A stretch of 32,000 nucleotides of DNA from an uncultured Clostridia bacterium (GTDB lineage Bacteria > Bacillota > Clostridia > UBA1381). How positions within the stretch are numbered: the first letter of the stretch is position 1; the number at the start of each line of letters is the position of its first letter. Both the position numbers and the translations under genes were made by a program. The stretch is from the NCBI GenBank assembly GCA_947591315.1, contig CANQDD010000009.1, positions 5,518 through 37,517 on the forward strand, read 5' to 3'. Positions 8,045-14,326 of the stretch are shown one piece after another. The notes under the pieces are model-generated. The model worked only from the letters and a program-made list of their open reading frames with translations, was not told the DNA's origin and made no database searches.

Positions 8045-8152
8045 TGCTAAATTCTACACTTTAATATTTATTCATATCTGACTCGTAATTTTGCAAAAAA
8101 TGCGGTCATTACAATAGGGGTTTGATATGGCTTATTGTTGTAGAATTTAGCA
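8045..8152 (+). ncRNA. AT-rich 108-nt element closed by a perfect 14-bp inverted repeat; candidate structured 5' leader (alternatively MITE-like)
   Basis: TGCTAAATTCTACA (8045-8058) pairs with TGTAGAATTTAGCA (8139-8152). There are internal candidate helices (GACtCG/CGGTC; ACAATAG/CTtATTGT). It sits between the promoter and a leader terminator. Confidence 0.4.
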
Positions 8153-8171
8153 GTTCCGACCGTGTTTTTAT

Positions 8172-8209
8172 GCGCGGTCTTAGAGATAGGGCTGCGCTTT
8201 TTTATTTTT
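8172..8209 (+). terminator. Leader terminator/attenuator just upstream of the small-ORF RBS
   Basis: GCGCGG, a 14-nt loop, CTGCGC, then TTTTTTATTTTT. The alternative hairpin GACCG (8157-8161)/CGGTC (8174-8178) shares its bases. Confidence 0.45.
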
Positions 8210-8227
8210 ATAAAGGAGGTGAAGGAA

Positions 8228-8356
8228 ATGCCGCAATACGAGGAGATGTACTACAAGCTTTTTAACGCCGTGACCGATGCAATCGAGGCGCTTAAAACAG
8301 CACAAAAAGAAGTCGAGGATATGTACATAAAAAACAAGGAACAAAAAAGCGAGTGA
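8228..8356 (+). CDS. Small helical protein of 42 aa, function unknown
   Basis: Strong RBS AAGGAGGTG 6 nt before the ATG at 8228. MPQYEEMYYKLFNAVTDAIEALKTAQKEVEDMYIKNKEQKSE. A terminator follows. Confidence 0.55.
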   Translation: MPQYEEMYYKLFNAVTDAIEALKTAQKEVEDMYIKNKEQKSE

Positions 8357-8386
8357 ACAATTAAATTATCCACTCGCGAAAATCTA

Positions 8387-8412
8387 CCCCCGCAGCAAAG
8401 CCGCGGGGTTTT
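8387..8412 (+). terminator. Intrinsic terminator after the small ORF (lies between convergent genes)
   Basis: CCCCGC, a 9-nt loop, GCGGGG, then TTTT. Confidence 0.55.
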
Positions 8413-8425
8413 GCTTACTATAATT

Positions 8426-9637
8426 TTATAACAGCTTTTTCAGTCTGTCGTCCACAGCGTGGAGGAAGGCTTCGGTATCGACCTTTTGTTTATTTTCGAG
8501 CGACGAGAGCAGATACAAATCGCCGGTCATTACGCCGTCCTCGATAGTCTGTATCGTCGCCTTTTCGAGGCAGTCGGCGAAGTTTACAAGCTCGCCGAGG
8601 TCGTCGAGCTCGCCGCGCTTACGGAGCGCGCCCGTCCATGCGAACAGCGTCGCGACAGAGTTTGTCGAGGTCTTTTCACCCTTCAAATGCTTATAATAGT
8701 GGCGCTGTACCGTGCCGTGAGCCGCCTCGTACTCGTAAATACCGTCGGGTGAAACGAGCACCGACGTCATCATTGCGAGCGAGCCGTAAGCCGTCGCTAC
8801 CATGTCCGACATAACGTCGCCGTCGTAGTTTTTGCACGCCCAGATGTAGCCGCCGTTCGAGCGCACAACGCGCGCGACCGCGTCGTCTATGAGCGTGTAG
8901 AAATACTCTATTCCCGCCGCGTCGAACTTTTCCTTGTACTCCGCGTCAAAAATCTCTTGGAATATATCCTTAAAGCGGTGGTCGTACTTTTTGGAAATCG
9001 TGTCCTTCGTCGCGAACCAGATATCCTTTTTCATATCGAGCGCGTAGTTGAAGCACGCTCTCGCGAAGCTCGCGATTGACTTGTCGCGGTTGTGAACGCC
9101 CTGGATTATGCCGTCCTCGTCCGCGAAATCGTATATAAGCTCGCGCGTCTCGTTGCCGTCCTTATCGGTCGTTACAAGCTCCGCCCTGCTTCCCGCCTTG
9201 ACCTGCATTTCGACGTTCTTGTAAATGTCGCCGTAAGCGTGACGCGCTATCGTGATAGGCTGCGTCCATGTCGGGATATACGGCGTTATGCCCTTTACGA
9301 GTATCGGCGTGCGGAAAACCGTGCCGTCGAGCATCGCTCTTATCGTGCCGTTCGGCGACTTCCACATTTCCTTTAAGTCGTACTCATCCATTCTCGCGGC
9401 GTTCGGAGTTATGGTCGCGCACTTTACCGCGACGCCGTATTTCTTCGTCGCGTTCGCGCTGTCAACCGTCACCTGGTCGTTCGTCGCGTTGCGGTGTTCG
9501 AGACCGAGGTCGTAATACTCGGTTTTGAGGTCGATGTAAGGCGTAAGAAGTATGTCCTTGATCATCTTCCATATTATTCTTGTCATTTCGTCGCCGTCCA
9601 TTTCAACGAGCGGCGTTTTCATTTGGATTTTTGCCAT
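8426..9637 (-). CDS. icd: NADP-dependent isocitrate dehydrogenase, type II (eukaryote-like homodimeric)
   Basis: [40 protein letters not shown] and ARHAYGD closely mirror human IDH1-type sequences. Confidence 0.9.
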   Translation of the reverse strand: MAKIQMKTPLVEMDGDEMTRIIWKMIKDILLTPYIDLKTEYYDLGLEHRNATNDQVTVDSANATKKYGVAVKCATITPNAARMDEYDLKEMWKSPNGTIRAMLDGTVFRTPILVKGITPYIPTWTQPITIARHAYGDIYKNVEMQVKAGSRAELVTTDKDGNETRELIYDFADEDGIIQGVHNRDKSIASFARACFNYALDMKKDIWFATKDTISKKYDHRFKDIFQEIFDAEYKEKFDAAGIEYFYTLIDDAVARVVRSNGGYIWACKNYDGDVMSDMVATAYGSLAMMTSVLVSPDGIYEYEAAHGTVQRHYYKHLKGEKTSTNSVATLFAWTGALRKRGELDDLGELVNFADCLEKATIQTIEDGVMTGDLYLLSSLENKQKVDTEAFLHAVDDRLKKLL

Positions 9638-9656
9638 TGTATTTATGTCCTTTCAT

Positions 9657-12488
9657 TTAGTTTTCCTTGTTCAGAAGCGCCTCAAATTCCGCCTCGGTAA
9701 TCGGCTTTGAGTAGTAATAACCCTGAGCCATGTCACAGCCCGCTTCGCGCAGAATGTCGCGCTGACCTTCGGTTTCTATGCCCTCGCATATGGTCTTTAC
9801 GTCTATGCGCTTCGCCATAGCGATTATTTCCTCGATTATGTTGACGCTGCGCTTTGATGTTTCTATGTCGTCAATGAACACCTTGTCTATCTTCAGAGTG
9901 TCGATAGGCATTATACGCAGGAGGTTAAGCGACGAGTAGCCGCTGCCGAAGTCGTCCATAGACACCGAATAGCCGCGGCGGTGAAGGTCGTACACCAAAT
10001 CGTTCGCGCTCTTGTCGCCCTCGGAGAATATGCTTTCCGTTATCTCCATGTCAATATATTTTTTCGGTATTCTGTAACGTCTTACCAAATCGTCGAGCTT
10101 TTCCGTGAAACGTGGATCGCTCAGGTGGCAGCGCGAAACGTTCATAGATACCGCAACCACAGGCTCGTTGTTCAAAAGCCGCTTTTTCAGCATACGGAGC
10201 GCCTGCTCGTACACGGCGAAGTCGACCTTGTTTATGAAGCCGTTACGCTCGAACAGCGGCACGAATATGCCCGGTGAAATAAGACCTTTGTCCTTGTGGT
10301 TCCACCTTACGAGCGCCTCCGCGCCGACTATCTTATTCGTCGTGAGGTCGTATTTCGGCTGATAGTACGCTATAAACTCGCCTCGGCGCAGCGACGCTAT
10401 CATGTCAACCTCAAGCTCGCTCTCAATCTCGAGCTTCGAGTACATTCTGTCGGTGAAGTAGCACAGGTAATTCCTGCCTATTATATGCACGCCCTCTTTC
10501 GCGATATTCGCTCTGTCTATGTATATCGACAGCGGCGTGTCGGAATCGTAATGTATGATCGGGCATATACCCGCCTTTATGTGAAGCTGATAGGACGAGG
10601 AGTCATGCACGTGTATGTCAGCCTTTTCAATCTCCGAAATCAGGCGGCGGCTCTCGTCGTTATCCTCGGCAATTACAAGGAAGTTATCGCCGACAAGTCT
10701 GCCGAGCAGCGCCTTGTCACGGAAAAGCCGTTTTAACTCGTTCGCCATGGATATGAGCATTTGGTCGCCCACGTCCGTGCCGAAACGGTCGTTTACGAGC
10801 TTGAAGTTTATCGCGTCCACCGAAACGAGCAGATATTTTTTTTCGGGGTTTTTTGTGAGCAGCTTGTGCGCAGCCGTCATCAGGTATTTGTTGTTATACA
10901 CGTTCGTAAGTATGTCTATCCGCGCCATTCTTCTGAAGTGTCTCATTCTGAGGCACAGGAACAATATTACAAGCGCGACGGCTATAAGAATTATCAGCAC
11001 CCATACGCGGTTCGCGTATATCATGTCGCGGAAATTCGGTATGTATGTGTGGCTTAACGTGTACGCCTTGCTTTCGAGCTCCGCGCTGTCAACGGACGTT
11101 GTGTGGATTATGCCGTTAAGCATGCTTATAAGACCTGTGTCGCATGTTATGCGCGATATGCCGAGCCTTACGGGAACGCTTAGCTCAAGGTTGTGCATAA
11201 TCGAAAGCTTCGGGTGCGCGATAAGGCTCATTTTTGTCTGAAGCTCCGGCGCGGATATGAGCGCCGCGCTTATCTCGTTTCTTTCCACGGCGTTGAGCAG
11301 TGAGTTTATCGAGCCGTAGGTTCTGACAGTCCAGCGCGGGTAGCTCTCGTCAAGATACGCCTTTATCCACATATTGTTGTCAACCACGCCGACCGCAATA
11401 TTGCTCTCCGCGTCAACCTCGCCCCTCGCAATCGGATAGAAGGTAACAGACGTGTACGGAATCGTAGCCTCCGTTATGCCCTGCTCGGAGCCGGAAACGT
11501 TAAGTATCGCGTCAGCCTTACCGAGCATCATATCCTCTTTGAGCCTATCCTCATCGTTCATTTCGTTCGGGATATACTCTATTTCAAGACCTGCGTTTAA
11601 GGCGATTTTCTCCAAAATGTCGACATATATGCCCTCGTACGCGCCGGCGGCTTGGTTGTAAAACACCATCGGGTAATTGTCGGGAACGAATACCCGAAGC
11701 TTTCCCTTTCCCTGCGCGGCGTTATAGTCGGTTTCGGTCATCGCGACCATGTTGCTGTACGGAAGCTGGAAACATTCCGTGTAAATACGCGACAGGTAAA
11801 ACGGACGCGAGTCGGCAAGTCTGTCAATCAGACCGTTGAGGCGTGACAGCGTAGCCGTGTCGCCCTTTCGCACCGCGCAGTAATAGCTTACCTGTCCGCA
11901 CTTCGCGATTGCGCGCATGCCGTCCGGCGAGGACGTCGCGGGCAAAAGCATCGCGTCGGCGTCGCCGTTATTGAGCGCGCGTCTCATATCGTCGCCGCCG
12001 TGACAGTACACGAGAGTATACGAAAAATTATTCTCCTTCGCGAACGACGCGAGCATGTTCTCAAAGTTCGCGTTTTTTACGGCGGCTATTTTAATATTGT
12101 TAAAGTGTTCGTAATCCTTGTAGTACAGCTTCTTGTCGTTATTTACGAACAACGACAAAAAACCGACGCCGAATGCGCGGTCGGTAAAATCGACGCTCTG
12201 CAGAAGCGCGTCGTCCCTCGGTATCATTGTAACAAAATCAAGCGTGCCGTCGGCAAGCCTTTTAAGCCCGCTCTCCGTGGAATACTCCTCCGCCGCAAAG
12301 CCCGTGTCCTCGGCAAGGTCGAAAATGCTTTTGAGGCACGCGCGGGCGTATGTATCCATATCAACCTCGGGCATATTATAGTCATCTATTATTCCTGTTT
12401 TATATACGTTACTTTCGGCATACACCGGCAGATTTACAAGCATCAGCGCGGACATCACCGAAATCAGCACAAGCAATACCTTTTTCAT
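9657..12488 (-). CDS. Membrane sensor protein: two periplasmic solute-binding-like domains, a TM helix, a degenerate GGDEF domain and an EAL domain
   Basis: Signal/TM segment at the N-terminus and a TM helix (VWVLIILIAVALVILFLCL). The GGDEF domain has RLVGDNF in place of RxGGDEF. The EAL domain has EALVRW, DDFGSGYSSL and the QGYYYSKP motif. Confidence 0.85.
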   Translation of the reverse strand: MKKVLLVLISVMSALMLVNLPVYAESNVYKTGIIDDYNMPEVDMDTYARACLKSIFDLAEDTGFAAEEYSTESGLKRLADGTLDFVTMIPRDDALLQSVDFTDRAFGVGFLSLFVNNDKKLYYKDYEHFNNIKIAAVKNANFENMLASFAKENNFSYTLVYCHGGDDMRRALNNGDADAMLLPATSSPDGMRAIAKCGQVSYYCAVRKGDTATLSRLNGLIDRLADSRPFYLSRIYTECFQLPYSNMVAMTETDYNAAQGKGKLRVFVPDNYPMVFYNQAAGAYEGIYVDILEKIALNAGLEIEYIPNEMNDEDRLKEDMMLGKADAILNVSGSEQGITEATIPYTSVTFYPIARGEVDAESNIAVGVVDNNMWIKAYLDESYPRWTVRTYGSINSLLNAVERNEISAALISAPELQTKMSLIAHPKLSIMHNLELSVPVRLGISRITCDTGLISMLNGIIHTTSVDSAELESKAYTLSHTYIPNFRDMIYANRVWVLIILIAVALVILFLCLRMRHFRRMARIDILTNVYNNKYLMTAAHKLLTKNPEKKYLLVSVDAINFKLVNDRFGTDVGDQMLISMANELKRLFRDKALLGRLVGDNFLVIAEDNDESRRLISEIEKADIHVHDSSSYQLHIKAGICPIIHYDSDTPLSIYIDRANIAKEGVHIIGRNYLCYFTDRMYSKLEIESELEVDMIASLRRGEFIAYYQPKYDLTTNKIVGAEALVRWNHKDKGLISPGIFVPLFERNGFINKVDFAVYEQALRMLKKRLLNNEPVVAVSMNVSRCHLSDPRFTEKLDDLVRRYRIPKKYIDMEITESIFSEGDKSANDLVYDLHRRGYSVSMDDFGSGYSSLNLLRIMPIDTLKIDKVFIDDIETSKRSVNIIEEIIAMAKRIDVKTICEGIETEGQRDILREAGCDMAQGYYYSKPITEAEFEALLNKEN

Positions 12489-12543
12489 AGTATAATTCCT
12501 TTTTCACGTATAATTGCAAGATTACCTTCTCATAGATAGTTTT

Positions 12544-12572
12544 ATTATACATCAAATTCCAAAAATATTCAA
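12544..12572 (-). promoter_or_regulatory. SigA-type promoter for the GGDEF-EAL gene
   Basis: On the minus strand: TTGAAT, a 17-nt spacer, then TATAAT. It lies about 55 nt upstream of the ATG at 12488. Confidence 0.5.
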
Positions 12573-12612
12573 CAGTAAAATTTAAAATTGTGCCGTTTTT
12601 ATCTGAAATTTG

Positions 12613-12642
12613 CAAAAAAAACACCGCCTCTCGGAGGCGGTG
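12613..12642 (-). terminator. Strong intrinsic terminator
   Basis: On the minus strand: CACCGCCTC-CGA-GAGGCGGTG followed by TTTTTTTT. Confidence 0.8.
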
Positions 12643-12800
12643 CAAAACAATTACATAATTGGGGGAAGTAAATGTTTTATAAGGGGGGTATTCACAACAC
12701 ATATATGCTGTGTTTACTTTATAGAAACGGACGGTTTTACGTCCGGTTTCTTCGGGGGGACCCTTGCCTTTCCGGGAAAGGCAAGGGCATCTGAAAAAAA
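12613..12800 (-). ncRNA. Candidate structured, C-rich small RNA or long htrA 3' UTR
   Basis: On the minus strand there is a 13-bp hairpin (12761-12787) and a CGGACG/CGTCCG hairpin. Three apparently unpaired C-runs are present (complements of the G-runs at 12754-12759, 12683-12688 and 12661-12665). The region ends at the strong terminator. Confidence 0.3.
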
Positions 12801-12850
12801 GGATGGTATCGGCTGCCGAAGCAGCCTTCAAGCTTTATCTTATTGTCTTG

Positions 12851-14098
12851 TTATTGGTTCTGCGACTTGTCCTCGGATAGACGAACCTGTATTTCCATCG
12901 TCTCTCCGTCGCGCAGTATCTTGAAGGTCAGGTAGTCGCCCGCCTTCTTCTTGTCACGTATGGCGTTGACCTCCTCGGTCGAGGATACCTTCTGACCGTC
13001 CACCTCGAGTATCATGTCGTAGGTCTTAAGTCCCGCTTCCGCGGCGCCGCTGCCCTCTACAACATTCTCTATAAACAAGCCGTAGCCCGTGTCTCTGATG
13101 TTTATTCCGACGAGAGGTCTGCCCGTTACGTAGCCCGACGATACGAGGTCGTCTATTATCGGCTTCGCCTCGGACATCGCAATCGCGAAGCCCATACCCT
13201 CGATACCGGTCGAGGACAGCTTTACGGAGTTAATGCCTATAACCTCGCCGTACTGGTTTATGAGCGCGCCGCCGCTGTTGCCGTTGTTAATCGCCGCGTC
13301 CGTCTGAATGAGGTTATACGTTCTGTTGTCGAGCGTCATTGTTCTGTTTACCGCGCTCACGATACCGGCGGTAACGCTGCCCGAAAATTCCTGTCCCATC
13401 GGGTTGCCTATCGCAACCGCAAGCTCGCCCACCTTAACGTCGGCGGAGTCGTTCAATGTAGCTGCCGTCAGCTTCGTTGTGCCCGGGTCTATTTTAAGTA
13501 CCGCAAGGTCGGTCTTTTCGTCCGAGCCGACAAGCTTCGCCGTAAATTCCTCGCCCGTGTTAAGGATTACCGATATTTCCGTCGCGCCGTTGATTACGTG
13601 CCAGTTTGTGACTATATAGCCGTCGGACTGGAATATTATACCCGAGCCGCTTCCCTGCTGCACCGTCTGACCGTCCTGCGACGGGTCGCTGTAGGAATAG
13701 TACCGTCCGGTGAACGGGTCGTAAAAACGCTGAAGCGAAACGGTCGTCTTATTTATTACGCCGACAACGCTCGGTCCGACCTTCTCGGCTATTTCGGGAA
13801 TGGTCATTGCCGTTTTGCCGTTTGTGCTGTTCGCGAGAAGCGCGGCTTCGGCAACCGTCTTTGAGCTGTCGTCAAGCGTCGATGTAACGCTTTGTCCGCC
13901 CGCCGCAAGGTTCTGCACAACGGGCTGCTGATTTTTTACATAGTAGTACGCGCCGCCGCCGACAAGTCCGGCGGTAACAACGCTCGCTATAAGTGCGCTG
14001 CAAATTGCACTGAGCCATACGTGAGGCTTCTTTTCTTTCTTCGGCTTTTGGCTGTAAATAACCATGTCGGTCGATTCTGTGTGAGGATACTGTTTCAT
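12851..14098 (-). CDS. htrA: HtrA/DegP-family serine protease (TM anchor, trypsin-like domain, PDZ domain)
   Basis: TM helix WLSAICSALIASVVTAGLV. Catalytic triad context TNWHVI, DLAVLKI and GNSGGALIN. C-terminal PDZ-like region. Confidence 0.85.
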   Translation of the reverse strand: MKQYPHTESTDMVIYSQKPKKEKKPHVWLSAICSALIASVVTAGLVGGGAYYYVKNQQPVVQNLAAGGQSVTSTLDDSSKTVAEAALLANSTNGKTAMTIPEIAEKVGPSVVGVINKTTVSLQRFYDPFTGRYYSYSDPSQDGQTVQQGSGSGIIFQSDGYIVTNWHVINGATEISVILNTGEEFTAKLVGSDEKTDLAVLKIDPGTTKLTAATLNDSADVKVGELAVAIGNPMGQEFSGSVTAGIVSAVNRTMTLDNRTYNLIQTDAAINNGNSGGALINQYGEVIGINSVKLSSTGIEGMGFAIAMSEAKPIIDDLVSSGYVTGRPLVGINIRDTGYGLFIENVVEGSGAAEAGLKTYDMILEVDGQKVSSTEEVNAIRDKKKAGDYLTFKILRDGETMEIQVRLSEDKSQNQ

Positions 14099-14231
14099 AT
14101 CTTGTCATCTCCCATAATATTTTGTCGGTTATATATAAATTTCATACCAAGCGTTATTTTTTACTACGAGTATATAATAAAACACACTTTTGACACTGGT
14201 ATGAATTGATTGTAAACAGAAATTACATATT

Positions 14232-14252
14232 TTATGAACAAATTATGAACAA
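14232..14252. promoter_or_regulatory. Tandem direct repeat TTATGAACAA x2 with 11-bp period in the htrA-polA divergent region
   Basis: Copies at 14232-14241 and 14243-14252, immediately upstream of the polA -35 box. Confidence 0.35.
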
Positions 14253-14255
14253 GGG

Positions 14256-14284
14256 TTGACAAACATTTATAATAGGAATATACT
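14256..14284 (+). promoter_or_regulatory. SigA-type promoter for polA
   Basis: TTGACA (14256-14261), a 17-nt spacer, then TATACT (14279-14284). Confidence 0.55.
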
Positions 14285-14326
14285 AAACGCAAATAACAGC
14301 TTTTTCCGTATTTGAAAGGAATTTAT

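Noticed and set aside
8083-8117. Zur-box-like half sites (TCGTAAT ... ATTACAA) in the leader near the metal transporter operon
   Set aside because: The halves are 18 nt apart rather than forming the contiguous 7-1-7 palindrome. One half is imperfect, and the site lies downstream of the predicted promoter of a different gene.
8162-8227. Longer 64-aa version of the small ORF, starting at 8162
   Set aside because: It would start at a non-ATG codon inside the leader terminator with no RBS. The ATG at 8228 has a near-perfect RBS.
10615-11241. 208-aa plus-strand ORF (and neighbours at 10296-10736 and 12000-12539) inside the GGDEF-EAL gene
   Set aside because: These are antisense to a gene with recognisable domain motifs. 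They have no RBS and Ser/Ile-rich composition.
12409-12831. 140-aa minus-strand ORF (and the 104-aa plus-strand ORF at 12610-12924) in the htrA / GGDEF-EAL intergenic region
   Set aside because: It crosses a strong terminator and the downstream promoter, lacks an RBS and has no recognisable motifs. The region is better explained as structured RNA.
12489-12850. c-di-GMP (GEMM) riboswitch upstream of the GGDEF-EAL gene
   Set aside because: None of the conserved GEMM-I/II core sequences are visible. A strong terminator and a separate promoter lie between the structured region and the gene.
14312-14326. Track-suggested upstream starts: polA 14312, rpsD 20339, adk 23433, rpsQ 29414 and the cytidylate-kinase-like gene 2101
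   Set aside because: In each case an internal start has a proper Shine-Dalgarno and matches the canonical N-terminus of the family.
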